DNA from: Planctomycetota bacterium
Lineage (GTDB): Bacteria; Planctomycetota; GCA-002687715; CAIWVZ01
Assembly: GCA_044222185.1 (NCBI GenBank)
Contig: JBGANV010000003.1
Location: 288,001 to 352,000, forward strand
Length of the DNA: 64,000 nucleotides
Direction: 5' to 3'
Both the position numbers and the translations under genes were made by a program. Of this stretch, positions 28,822 through 38,822 are shown in pieces. How positions within the stretch are numbered: position 1 is the first letter of the stretch; every line of letters begins with the position of its first letter. The notes below the pieces were generated by a model that saw nothing but the letters and a program-made list of their open reading frames with translations, was not told the DNA's origin and searched no databases.

Positions 28822-28841
28822 ACGCGCCCCCGCACCCGCCC

Positions 28842-30080
28842 ATGCACGAGCTCATCTTCGACTGGAACACCGTCGGCGACTCGGATCGCAGGCCTCGCTC
28901 CGTCACGTTCGACGACGAGACCCTGCGCGACGGTCTCCAATCCCCGTCGGTTCGCGACCCGCACATCTCGAAGAAACTCGAGCTCCTCGACGTCATGGAG
29001 GAGCTCCGCATCGAGACCGCGAACCTCGGGTTGCCCGGCGCCGGAGAGAACCAACGGCGCGACATCCTCGAGATGTGCCGCCATCTCGCGAAGAGCAAGG
29101 CGCGCCTGCGACCGAACGTCGCGTGCAGGACGCTGATCTCCGACATCGAGCCCGTCCGCGCGATCATGGATCAGACGGGGCTTTCGGTCCTCGCGTGCTG
29201 CTTCATCGGGTCGTCGCCGATCCGTCAATACACGGAAGACTGGAAGGTCGACACGATCCTCGGGCACATCGAGAAATCACTCACCTTCGCGCGCGACCAG
29301 AAGATCCCCGTCATGTTCGTGACGGAGGACACGACCCGCGCCCATCCCGACGACCTGAAGAAGATGTACGACCTCGCCATCGGCCTCGGCGCCGAGCGGA
29401 TCTGCGTCTGCGACACCGTCGGGCACGCGACGCCCCACGGGGTGACGAAACTCATCGCCTTCATCCGCGATCTCGTCGCGGCCGCCGGTCGACCGGTGAA
29501 GATCGACTGGCACGGTCACCGCGATCGGAACCTGGACATCGCGAATTGCATCGCGGCGGTCGAAGCCGGAGTGGATCAGGTCCACGGCGCCGCCCTCGGT
29601 GTGGGCGAGCGCGCCGGCAACGCACCGATGGACCTGCTGCTGGCGAACTTCGCCCTGCTCGGCTGGATCGATCGCGACCTGCGGGCGCTCGACCGCTACG
29701 TCCGACTGGCGTCCGAGGCCTTGGCCGTCCCCGTACCGCACAACTACCCGATCTTCGGCAACGACGCGTTCCTGACGGGAACCGGCGTCCACGCGGCCGC
29801 GGTGGTGAAGGCCCTTCGCAAGAACGACGTCTGGCTCGCCGACCGCGTCTACTCGGGAGTCCCCGCGACGTCCTTCGGCCGCGAGCAACGCATCTCGGTC
29901 GGGTACATGTCCGGCAAGTCGAATGCCGCCTATTGGCTCGAGCGGCACGGCTACACGCCTACGGATGAGCTCGTCGCCCACGTCCTCGGCGCGGCGAAGG
30001 CGGGAAACCACCTTTTCACGGACGACGAGATCCACGCGATCTGCAAGCGCTTCGGCGCGAGCACCGCCGCGCGCGCGTGA
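28842..30080 (+). CDS. leuA: LeuA-family DRE-TIM synthase (2-isopropylmalate/homocitrate synthase-like), no regulatory domain
   Basis: 'DETLRDGLQ', 'CDTVG', 'HGH', 'GVGERAGNAP', 'GVHA', 'MSGKSN'. Confidence 0.8.
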   Translation: MHELIFDWNTVGDSDRRPRSVTFDDETLRDGLQSPSVRDPHISKKLELLDVMEELRIETANLGLPGAGENQRRDILEMCRHLAKSKARLRPNVACRTLISDIEPVRAIMDQTGLSVLACCFIGSSPIRQYTEDWKVDTILGHIEKSLTFARDQKIPVMFVTEDTTRAHPDDLKKMYDLAIGLGAERICVCDTVGHATPHGVTKLIAFIRDLVAAAGRPVKIDWHGHRDRNLDIANCIAAVEAGVDQVHGAALGVGERAGNAPMDLLLANFALLGWIDRDLRALDRYVRLASEALAVPVPHNYPIFGNDAFLTGTGVHAAAVVKALRKNDVWLADRVYSGVPATSFGREQRISVGYMSGKSNAAYWLERHGYTPTDELVAHVLGAAKAGNHLFTDDEIHAICKRFGASTAARA

Positions 30081-30311
30081 TGGCGCCCGCCCCGGGCGCG
30101 CGAGTGCGCGCCACGAACCAGCTCCAAGCTGGCACGTCCCGCAACTCCGCACGCACGGGTCGGTCACCGACGACGCACGACCTCGACGTCCGGATCATGC
30201 AGGTATCTCAGACCGCGCGTCGCCAGGAAGCAAGACGCGCGCGGCGACGGCCCGTTCGACGCTCGCACGCAAGCCCGATGCGCCCACCGCGGTTCTTCGT
30301 GCGCCGCAAGC

Positions 30312-31625
30312 TCAGATGAAGAGCGGCATCAACAGGCCGATGAGCAGCCCGAGGACGCCGCCGAGGACTTCCACCGCCGCCAGCTCATTTCGCGTCGCCT
30401 CGTGGATCAGCCGCTCGAGCTCACCTTCGTCGAGCTCCGAAAGCTGCTTTTCGACGAGCGCGCGGATGTCGATCCGGCGCAGGCCGGTGACGATCTGCTC
30501 GGAGACGACGGCCTCGAGCTCCGGCAGACTCTGCGTGAGCGTCCCCCCGAACCCGTCGAGCCAGCGGTCGAGGCGCGACACGAGGTCGTCGACGATCTCG
30601 TCCCCGTGCCGTTGGAAGCCGCGGTTGATCTCGGCCTTGATCCGGTCGAGGACCGGCGTTTCCACGAGATCGACGACCCACGTCCACAGCTTCTCGCGGA
30701 AAAAGCTCCTCGCCGCCGCCGTCACGCGCTCCGTCAGGACGCTGCGGAATGCATCGTCCGACAGATAGAGCCTGCCGGTCTCCGAAAGCCTCCGCTTCAG
30801 GTCAACTCGAAACTCGCCGGACTCGAGCAGGCCGGAGAAGCCGCGATGCCATCCGCGGATCGCGTCGGCCACGACGCCCTTCTCTCGCAGCCAGCTCGCG
30901 AGCACGTCGGGATTCACGAGGTGGGTCTCGATGGCGGATGCAAGCCTTCGGATGAGCTTGCCCCGGTTCGCGGGGATCACTCCGAAGCCGAACCGCGGTC
31001 GGGTCGGCTTGAAGAGGAGGCGGATCGCGACCCAGTTCGTCCAGTAGCCGACGAGCCCCGACATGGCGCCGAGAAATGCGTAGCTGCGCACGGTCGAGCC
31101 GCGCTCGAAGCACAACGCACCGAGCACCATGGCGAGAAGCGCCCACGGGGTGACGATCGTCATCGCGACGAACGGCCCGGCCGGCCCCTCCCGCGGGGGA
31201 GCCGCCGGCACGTCTGCAGACGGCAGCTCGTCGTCCTTGGCTCCGATGACCTCGGCGAACTGGCGCCCGAAGCCTGCCCAGATCGGCAGCAACTTTTGCG
31301 CGGCGGGCCCGCTCAAGAGTGAATCGGGCGACTCGCCTCCGCCGGCGTCATCCTGAACGCGACGACGGAACCGTCGGAAGACCCGGAGGGCTCCGAACAG
31401 GGAAACCACGAGCATCATGAACCATCGCCCCATGTTGCCGGGACGGATTATCACTCGCCGGGTCGTGGCATTCACCTGCGCGCGCCCCTGCGCCCGAAGC
31501 CTCCGTACCAGTCGAGCCTCGACAGCTGCCCGTGAACCTTCTACGATTCCGGCTCGACCCGCGGAGGTCGTGACGCGAACCAGGACCGCAGACTCATCGG
31601 ATGCCTCGTGGCGGTCCGGTGACAC
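30312..31625 (-). CDS. DUF445 family membrane protein
   Basis: 'GLVGYWTNWVAIRLLFKP', 'GVIP', 'ELAAVEVLGGVLGLLIG'; start uncertain. Confidence 0.85.
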   Translation of the reverse strand: MSPDRHEASDESAVLVRVTTSAGRAGIVEGSRAAVEARLVRRLRAQGRAQVNATTRRVIIRPGNMGRWFMMLVVSLFGALRVFRRFRRRVQDDAGGGESPDSLLSGPAAQKLLPIWAGFGRQFAEVIGAKDDELPSADVPAAPPREGPAGPFVAMTIVTPWALLAMVLGALCFERGSTVRSYAFLGAMSGLVGYWTNWVAIRLLFKPTRPRFGFGVIPANRGKLIRRLASAIETHLVNPDVLASWLREKGVVADAIRGWHRGFSGLLESGEFRVDLKRRLSETGRLYLSDDAFRSVLTERVTAAARSFFREKLWTWVVDLVETPVLDRIKAEINRGFQRHGDEIVDDLVSRLDRWLDGFGGTLTQSLPELEAVVSEQIVTGLRRIDIRALVEKQLSELDEGELERLIHEATRNELAAVEVLGGVLGLLIGLLMPLFI

Positions 31626-31692
31626 GCTCGGAGCTGTCGGCGCTTTCCTGTTTCACGCACGTCGTCCTGCAACTTCATGAGCCGGAGCCACC

Positions 31693-33936
31693 ATGGCCAA
31701 GGTGCTGATCACCGTAGTCGATGCGCCCGCCCCTCCCCGCAAGCACGAGCACGCCCATGCCCACGCCGACGGCGATCCGAACGGCATGCGATGGCCGACG
31801 CTCGACCGCGCGCGCCGCGGTGAATACGAGCGGGTGATCATCGTCGGTTCGATCCGCTTCCATTGGGAGCAGTTGATCGGACTTACGGCCGAAACGACGT
31901 CGGACGACCCCCAGGGCCACGAGGAAGCACACCCCCAGGAAGGCGACGCCAGCCACGAGGGTCACGGCGACGGCGACGCGTCATCCGAGGAGACGTCTGA
32001 ATTCGCGCCGGCGCCCGAGGTTCCAGCGGCACCCGAGGGACTCTCTTCCCCCTCTCCGATTGCGGCCGAGGAATCCGAGCACCATGACGTGCGCGAGGAG
32101 GTCCCCCAGCCAACCGAACCCGCGACGACGGACGCGCCACAAGCGGACACCGAACAGCCGGCGGCCGCGCCGTCGGAGGTGCACCCGGACGCGACTTCTG
32201 GCGAGGTCACCGCCGGCCCGCCGACGCAAACGGCGCAGCCCGAACGCAAGGAGCGCCGCCACAAGGAACACCGCCCGCCGCCGCAGACCGAGGACGAACT
32301 CGTCGTCCGCCTCCGCATGATGCAGCGCACGAGCCGCATCGACCGCGCCGCCCTCGACAAGCTCGCCGAGATGGTCGGCCAGCGCTACGGGCTCCCCGAA
32401 GTCACGTGCCAGATCGCACCGCCGTTGATCCGCGAGCGCGATCAGGTCGCCTTCGTCCGAGGCGTGCTGAATTGGCCACACGCGGGCGACCGTGTGCTCG
32501 TCGATCTCGCTGACGGCCCGCGCGCCTTCGCGGCTCTCGGCGTGGCCATCGCCCACGCGTTCCCGTGCCTCCGCCCGGAAGTGCAGGTCGAAGACGTCAT
32601 CGTCGAGCGCGGACATGGGCTGCCGGTGAGCACGCGACACCTCGTCGCCATGCTGCACTCGCACGAACTCTGGCAGGAGCTGCGCGAGGGCGTCGCTCCG
32701 CTCGAACTCACCGAGCAGATGCGACGTGAGCCCCGGCTCCACGCCATCGCCGAGCCCTATCACCGCTTCGTTCGCGCGCTCGACTTCGGCAACCCCGCCG
32801 AGACGGCGCGCTGGGCACGCGTGCTCGACGAGCGCCGGGAGCACCTCCGCAAGTTCGGCGGAGACGGGACGCAGCACCCCTACGTCGGCGCGTTGTCGGC
32901 GGCCATCTCTCCGTTCGGTCCAGACGAGCCGTGGAGCCATCGCCAGCTCGCGATGGCGTCCAACGCCGTGAAGCGCGGAAACCTCCACCTGGGTGCGCTC
33001 CACGTGCGTGAAGCACTCGTTTCCGGCCTGATCGAAGCCTACGGGCAGAACCCGACGAAGGGCTGGGTCGCGGCGACGCCCGAGGGCGGAGCGCACGACC
33101 GCGTCCGGATGCGGGACGTCATGGCGTGGGTCCTCGGCACCGAGAACGCGGGTGAGTTGGTGCCCGATCTCGCGAAGCTGTGGGAGTGGGTCGAGAACCC
33201 CCGGATGCGGTTCCTGATGTCGTCGCCGGTCACGCTGGATCCGAACCTGCTTCGTGAAGGCGCAACGGCCATCGAACAGATCCCCCGCGTCGCCGGATCG
33301 ATCCTCACCGAGGGCCGCTTCAAGGCCATCGTGGACGCGTTGCCGCTGGAGCGTGCCGTCCAGATCGCCCTCGAGCACGACGCCGTCCGCGCTCAGGCCC
33401 CCCGCGGGCGTCGCGGCTCGCAGTCGGAGGCGCGCGGCGAGCCGAGCGACGGCGGAGCCGACGGCGCGAGCCATGCCGGCCCGCAACAGCCGCGCCCCAC
33501 GCGGAATCGCCCGCCGAGGGACGCTGGCGATCGGCCGCCCCGCCAGGACACGCGCGGACCGCGTGAGGTTTCCGTGCGGCCGCCGGCCGGCCCCGGGCCG
33601 CGTGACGACCACGAACAACGCCACTCGAGCGTGCCTGTCGGCGGTGTGATCAAGGTGGAGCGCGCCCGCTCCGGCCTCGGAAACCTGGGGCTCGCGCTCA
33701 TGAACGCCGGACTCGCACCGGCCCAGAAGCCTGATCGGAACAAGGACCGGGGCAGCAGGAAGGACGATCGGGCCGCGGGGCCACCGTCCGACGCGGACGC
33801 GAAGTCGGCCGACGCGCACCCCTCGGAGCCATCGTCCGAATCGTCGCCACCGCCGCCGGAGCCTGCAGCCGAACCGCCTCCGCCGGCACCCTCGTTCGAT
33901 GTCGCCGGCCCCATCGGCACCGAGCCGGCGGTCTGA
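31693..33936 (+). CDS. Degenerate Csx1/TM1812 (TIGR02221-like) CARF-HEPN protein with disordered insertions
   Basis: 'MAKVLITVV', 'RVIIVGS...WEQL', 'GDRVLVDLADGPRAF' (cf. DxTHGFR), 'RQLAMA......N...AL..REALVS'; no RxxxxH at the expected HEPN site. Confidence 0.6.
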   Translation: MAKVLITVVDAPAPPRKHEHAHAHADGDPNGMRWPTLDRARRGEYERVIIVGSIRFHWEQLIGLTAETTSDDPQGHEEAHPQEGDASHEGHGDGDASSEETSEFAPAPEVPAAPEGLSSPSPIAAEESEHHDVREEVPQPTEPATTDAPQADTEQPAAAPSEVHPDATSGEVTAGPPTQTAQPERKERRHKEHRPPPQTEDELVVRLRMMQRTSRIDRAALDKLAEMVGQRYGLPEVTCQIAPPLIRERDQVAFVRGVLNWPHAGDRVLVDLADGPRAFAALGVAIAHAFPCLRPEVQVEDVIVERGHGLPVSTRHLVAMLHSHELWQELREGVAPLELTEQMRREPRLHAIAEPYHRFVRALDFGNPAETARWARVLDERREHLRKFGGDGTQHPYVGALSAAISPFGPDEPWSHRQLAMASNAVKRGNLHLGALHVREALVSGLIEAYGQNPTKGWVAATPEGGAHDRVRMRDVMAWVLGTENAGELVPDLAKLWEWVENPRMRFLMSSPVTLDPNLLREGATAIEQIPRVAGSILTEGRFKAIVDALPLERAVQIALEHDAVRAQAPRGRRGSQSEARGEPSDGGADGASHAGPQQPRPTRNRPPRDAGDRPPRQDTRGPREVSVRPPAGPGPRDDHEQRHSSVPVGGVIKVERARSGLGNLGLALMNAGLAPAQKPDRNKDRGSRKDDRAAGPPSDADAKSADAHPSEPSSESSPPPPEPAAEPPPPAPSFDVAGPIGTEPAV

Positions 33937-33948
33937 GCGGCGCCGACC

Positions 33949-36900
33949 GTGACGGAGACGCTCCGGCCGGAAGACTTCCCATTCCCATTCCGTGACGACC
34001 AGCGCGCGATCGCCGCGCGCTTCGTCGAGAACGGCCAGGCCGAGCTGAAGGCCACGGGGTCCATGGCCCTGTGGCGAGTGCGCATCAAGATCTTCAAGCG
34101 AACGCTGGAGGCGTGGGCCGAGCGCGACCAGAAGACCGGCAAGCTGCGCTTCGCGTGTGAATGCCCGCACATCGAGAACACCGGCGAGGGCTGCGCTCAC
34201 CTCTTCACGCTTTGCCTCCTGATCGAGCAGCAGCTCTCGCTGTCGGCCGCGGGCGACGAGCCGACGGATCCCATCGCGCTCTGGTGGCTCCTCGAACGAG
34301 ATCGTTCCATGGGGCGTCGCAGCGCGTCGTTTCAGCCGGCCTTGCGCGGCGACGACGGAACCTTCGCGCCCGTTCGCATCACGTCGGAGGTTCTGTCGCG
34401 CGCATTCGGTGACGAAGACCGGCTCCTCAAGCTCTTCGCGCCTTCCGGTGGCGGCCGGCTCCCGCTCGATCGCGGTGGCGGATTCGCGAAGCCCGATGGC
34501 CCATTCCCTCTCGAGGACGACGCGCTCGCCGCCGCGATCGACCTGCTGCTCCGGTCGGGGCGTCTCTTCCTGCGTCGCGCTGACGGCACGACCAACGGAC
34601 CGATCACGGCGGAGTCTCCGTTGCCGTTCCAGCTCGTCATGTCCATCGAACGGCCCGCCGCCGACGAACCGCCTGAAGCCCACCCGCTGCGCGGCGTGCT
34701 CGTCCGCGGATCCGAGCGCGTGCGAACGCGCGACGCAGATCTCGTGGTCGTCGGCCGGCGACCATTCGTCGTTCACCAGGGGCGGTTCGGATGGCTCGAG
34801 ACCTTCGACGCGAGCGACTGGCTCGGCTATCTCCTGAAGAAGGACGGACCGCCGGTCCCGGTGAACGACGTCACCGCCTTCCTCGAGCGGATCGCGGCCG
34901 GCGGGGCGCTGCCGCGCCTGCAACTGCCGGGCGACCCGGAGCCCATCCCCGTCGAGACCGGCATCCCCGAGCCCGTTCTCGCGGTGACGAGAGATCGCCA
35001 GGACGTCGTGGCGACGCTCGCATTCCGCTACGCGGGCCAACTCCTGCGCACGATCGGAAGCCAGTCACTCATCCTCGACGCGCCGAACAAGCGCCAGCTC
35101 ACGAGGGACCTGAAGGCGGAGGAAGCGGCGTTCGCAGCCGTTCGCGACGCGGGAGCCGTCGAGGATCCGGACCAATACGGCCGCCTGCTGCCCCCGACGG
35201 ACAAGCTCGACGTCTTCGCGGCGACGCTCATCGGCAAGGGATTCACCGTTCTCGTCGACGGCAAGCCGCGACGAACGGCCACGTCGAAGACCGTGAACCT
35301 GAAGTCCGGCATGGATTGGTTCGAGGTCGGAGGGGCGGTGACGTTCGGAACGGAGGTCGTGCCGCTCACGGTCGTGTTCGACGCGCTCCGGCGCGGCAAG
35401 CGCTTCGTCGAGCTGAAGGACGGATCAGAGGGGATGCTGCCCGAACAGTGGGCGAATCGCTGGAGAATCCTCGACGATCTGGGAGAGCGCCGGCAAAACA
35501 CACTCCGATTCAATCGATCGCACGCTCTCTTCCTGGAAGCCGTCATCGGTGACGGCGATGACGGCGTGGAAGCAAGCCCTGAGGCGTTGGAGAAACTCCA
35601 CGGCACGCTGCGGTCGCTGACCGATCGACCCCGCACAGCCGCACCGAAGACGTTCACCGGCGAGCTCCGGACGTATCAGCAGGAGGGTGTGGACTGGATC
35701 GCCGCACTCGCCAAGGCCGGATTCGGGGGATGCCTCGCGGACGACATGGGACTCGGGAAGACCGTGCAGGTGATCGCGTGGCTGAGCCTGCGGGCTGCGC
35801 AGAAGCCCGGCGCGCCGACGCTGATCGTCGTCCCGCGGTCGCTCGTGTTCAACTGGCAACGCGAGTTCCAGCGGTTCGCGCCCAAGCTGCGAGTCCTCGA
35901 CTACTCGGGCATCGAACGCGCTGGCGACCGATCCACCTTCGATTCCGTCGACGTCGTGATCACGACGTATGGCATCCTCCGTCGAGACATCGACGTGCTG
36001 GAGAAGGTCCGCTTCGACTGGGCGATCCTCGACGAATCGCAGGCGATCAAGAACAGCGCCTCGCAGAATGCCAAGGCCGCATGCAGGCTCGTCGCGGCGA
36101 ACCGCCTGGCGATGACGGGCACGCCCATCGAGAACCGCGCCGAGGAACTCTGGTCCCAGTTCCGGTTCCTGAACCCCGGGCTCCTGGGCACGGAGGCGGA
36201 TTTCGGTCGCCTCGCCCGCTCGACGGAAACCCGCCCGGTCCTCGCGCGGATCGTGCGACCTCTGATCCTCCGCCGGACGAAGGAACAAGTCGCGACCGAG
36301 CTTCCGCCGCGGATCGAGCAGGTGATCTACTGCGAGCTCTCGCCCGAGCAGGCGACGCTCTATCGCACCATCGCGGATGCGGCACGATCGAACCTGGGCC
36401 CCAAACTGGCAGCCGACGCTGGCGGTGCCGTGAAGCTCCAGGTGTTGGAAGCCCTGCTCCGCCTCCGACAGGTCGCCTGCCATGCGGGCCTCGTCGACAA
36501 GGCGAACGAACAGGCGCCCTCCGGCAAGCTCGAGGTTCTCGTCGACGAGATCGAGGAGGTCGTATCGAGCGGCCACAAGGCCCTGATCTTCAGTCAGTTC
36601 GTGAGTCTCCTGACACACGTGCGGCGCTTCCTCGATGCGACGAAGGTGCCCTACGCCTACCTGGACGGCCAGACACGCGACCGCGAAGCGCAGGTGCAGC
36701 GCTTCCAGCAGGACCCCGAAACACAGCTCTTCCTCGTGAGCCTCATGGCCGGCGGTCACGGACTCAACATCACCGCTGCCGACTACGTCTTCATCCTGGA
36801 TCCGTGGTGGAATCCGGCCGTGGAAGCGCAGGCCATCGCGCGCGCGCACCGGATCGGGCGGAAGGAGACGGTCGTCGCCATTCGATTGGTCGCTCGCGGC

Positions 36901-37026
36901 ACGGTCGAAGAACGGATCCTCGAGCTTCAGGAGCGCAAGCGATCACTCGCCGACGCGCTGCTCGAACAGGGCGACGCAGCGTTCCGAGACCTCAGCGTCG
37001 AGGACCTCATGCTCCTGTTCGCGTAG
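33949..37026 (+). CDS. SWIM zinc finger + SNF2-family helicase
   Basis: SWIM 'CECP...CAH'; 'LADDMGLGKT', 'LDESQAIKN', 'MTGTPIEN', 'LIFSQF', 'GLNITAAD', 'DPWWNPAVEAQAIARAHRIG'. Confidence 0.93.
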   Translation: MTETLRPEDFPFPFRDDQRAIAARFVENGQAELKATGSMALWRVRIKIFKRTLEAWAERDQKTGKLRFACECPHIENTGEGCAHLFTLCLLIEQQLSLSAAGDEPTDPIALWWLLERDRSMGRRSASFQPALRGDDGTFAPVRITSEVLSRAFGDEDRLLKLFAPSGGGRLPLDRGGGFAKPDGPFPLEDDALAAAIDLLLRSGRLFLRRADGTTNGPITAESPLPFQLVMSIERPAADEPPEAHPLRGVLVRGSERVRTRDADLVVVGRRPFVVHQGRFGWLETFDASDWLGYLLKKDGPPVPVNDVTAFLERIAAGGALPRLQLPGDPEPIPVETGIPEPVLAVTRDRQDVVATLAFRYAGQLLRTIGSQSLILDAPNKRQLTRDLKAEEAAFAAVRDAGAVEDPDQYGRLLPPTDKLDVFAATLIGKGFTVLVDGKPRRTATSKTVNLKSGMDWFEVGGAVTFGTEVVPLTVVFDALRRGKRFVELKDGSEGMLPEQWANRWRILDDLGERRQNTLRFNRSHALFLEAVIGDGDDGVEASPEALEKLHGTLRSLTDRPRTAAPKTFTGELRTYQQEGVDWIAALAKAGFGGCLADDMGLGKTVQVIAWLSLRAAQKPGAPTLIVVPRSLVFNWQREFQRFAPKLRVLDYSGIERAGDRSTFDSVDVVITTYGILRRDIDVLEKVRFDWAILDESQAIKNSASQNAKAACRLVAANRLAMTGTPIENRAEELWSQFRFLNPGLLGTEADFGRLARSTETRPVLARIVRPLILRRTKEQVATELPPRIEQVIYCELSPEQATLYRTIADAARSNLGPKLAADAGGAVKLQVLEALLRLRQVACHAGLVDKANEQAPSGKLEVLVDEIEEVVSSGHKALIFSQFVSLLTHVRRFLDATKVPYAYLDGQTRDREAQVQRFQQDPETQLFLVSLMAGGHGLNITAADYVFILDPWWNPAVEAQAIARAHRIGRKETVVAIRLVARGTVEERILELQERKRSLADALLEQGDAAFRDLSVEDLMLLFA

Positions 37027-37052
37027 TGCACGCCGGCGCCGACGCGGTCACG

Positions 37053-37415
37053 TCACTTCGCCGCCTGCTGAGCCACTCGCGTCTTCACGAGCTTGCGCAC
37101 GAGTGTCGCTGGGATCGGCTTCTCCGCAGAGAAACGGATCGCCCCCTTGGAGAGCCCGTACCCCTCGAGCTCCCCACCGTGGACCTCGATCGGCAGTGCT
37201 CCCGGGTAGAACGCACAATGGCTCTTTCCCGCTCCGAACGAGAGGAGGTACCGGCCGTTCAGCTTGAACGATGGGACGCCGTAGCTGATGCACTCCTCGG
37301 CCTTCGGGACGGCCGCGTGGATCGCCGCGCGCAGCTTCTGAAGTGCCGCACGCTTGACGGGGTCGAGCGTCGCGAGGAACGCGTCGATGTCCCTTGGTTT
37401 CTTCGCAGCCATCAT
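37053..37415 (-). CDS. DUF1801 (YdhG-like) protein
   Basis: 'IDAFLA', 'EECISYGVPSF', 'HCAFYP', 'SKGAIRF...PIP..LV.KLV'. Confidence 0.85.
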   Translation of the reverse strand: MMAAKKPRDIDAFLATLDPVKRAALQKLRAAIHAAVPKAEECISYGVPSFKLNGRYLLSFGAGKSHCAFYPGALPIEVHGGELEGYGLSKGAIRFSAEKPIPATLVRKLVKTRVAQQAAK

Positions 37416-37457
37416 CGTTCTCCGGTACGAGGGATTGGGCGGAACCGCGACGGGCGA

Positions 37458-38657
37458 TCACGCACGCAGGAACCGATCGATCACCAATGCCGCGAGCTGC
37501 GCGCGCTCGCGAAGCGACCTGAGCGACACCCACTCGCGGTCCGAGTGAATCTCGCCGCCCACGGCGCCGAGGCCGCACACCGCCGGGCAACCGGCATCGA
37601 ACGCGAGCACGGCGTCGCTGCTCCCTCCGCGCGACTCCTCGACGAGTTTGAGCCCCAGATCGTTGCCAGCGAGGATCACCGCTTCGGCCGCCGCGGCGAC
37701 GGCCTCCGTCCGCTCGAGCGCTGGCCGGATCAAGTGCTCCTTGCAAACGGTGCGGATGAGCGGTCGCCCCGTCGGTCCGCGTTGATGCGCGTCGGATGCG
37801 ATCTCGATGATGGCGTCGCCCAGGTCGTCCCCCGTCTGCTTGTCCGGGAATCGGTAGTCGACGGTCATCTCGGCCTCGGCGGCGAGGACGTTGGCGGCGC
37901 TCCCGCCGTGGAACGTACCCACGTTCACACTGACCCTCCGGTCGGGGTCGTGGAGCGCGGCGATCTCCACCGCCTTCTGAGCAAGTTCGAGGACCGCGCT
38001 GCCGGCGCGGGGCCCCTCCAGCCCGGCGTGCCCCCCGGGACCCGTCGCGCGAAGGACCATCCGGCCGACACCACGCCGTGCCGTGACGATGGTGCTCGCC
38101 CCCTCCTCACGCGCGAACCCGCATTCGAAAACGAGAGCGAGCTTCGCCTCCTCAGCCTCCAACCGGATGATCTCCGTGGAATCCGGCGAGCCCTTCTCCT
38201 CGTCCGCGTTGAGGACGACGGAGATGCAGGCGTCCTCGAGCCGCCCGGAGGCCTGCAGCGCCTCGAGTGCGGCCAGCAGGACCACGAGGCCTCCCTTCAT
38301 GTCGGCGACCCCGGGTCCGACGGCGCGGTCCGGATCGCCATCCGCGCGCAGGAACTTCTGGAATGCGCTGTCTTGGGGATAGACCGTGTCCAGGTGCCCG
38401 ATGAGAAGGAGTTTCCTGGACCCGCCGCCGGGCCGGCGGGCGATCAGGTGGCGGCCCCCAACGCCGGTGACCATCACCCCGACGCGGAACCCTGCGCCCT
38501 CCAAGGCGGCCTCGCACCAGGCGCCCACCTTGTCGACCCCCGCCTTGTTGTCGGTGAAGGAGTTCTGCTCCACGAGCGCCGCCAGCCGATCCATGAGCTG
38601 GGACTGGGGCGGAACACGCTCGATGATCGACTGTTCAGTAGGACTGACGGGCATCAT
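37458..38657 (-). CDS. M20 family metallopeptidase (carboxypeptidase G2-like)
   Basis: 'GHLDTV', 'GPGVADMKGG', 'DEEKGS', 'GGHAG', 'GGSSD', 'HSDRE'. Confidence 0.9.
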   Translation of the reverse strand: MMPVSPTEQSIIERVPPQSQLMDRLAALVEQNSFTDNKAGVDKVGAWCEAALEGAGFRVGVMVTGVGGRHLIARRPGGGSRKLLLIGHLDTVYPQDSAFQKFLRADGDPDRAVGPGVADMKGGLVVLLAALEALQASGRLEDACISVVLNADEEKGSPDSTEIIRLEAEEAKLALVFECGFAREEGASTIVTARRGVGRMVLRATGPGGHAGLEGPRAGSAVLELAQKAVEIAALHDPDRRVSVNVGTFHGGSAANVLAAEAEMTVDYRFPDKQTGDDLGDAIIEIASDAHQRGPTGRPLIRTVCKEHLIRPALERTEAVAAAAEAVILAGNDLGLKLVEESRGGSSDAVLAFDAGCPAVCGLGAVGGEIHSDREWVSLRSLRERAQLAALVIDRFLRA

Positions 38658-38822
38658 CCACTCCCCGACCGTGTGGTTTGGGGCGAGAATGTAGCACCCG
38701 CCGACGGAGCGTCCGTCCGTCGGACCCGTAACCGAACTCGGCACCCGGGAGACGAGCGCGCCGGCTCACCCGCGTCGCCAACCACGGATGGAAGTCGGAC
38801 CAGGCCGGCGCAGGAGCGAAAC

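Noticed and set aside
31981-35040. 1019-aa minus-strand ORF
   Set aside because: Antisense to the CARF-like and SNF2 genes; Arg/Gly-rich, no motifs.
35730-38822. N-terminal 1031 aa of the 1437-aa ORF
   Set aside because: Overlaps SNF2 out of frame and DUF1801/M20 antisense; the real gene starts at 38823 with RBS and signal peptide.
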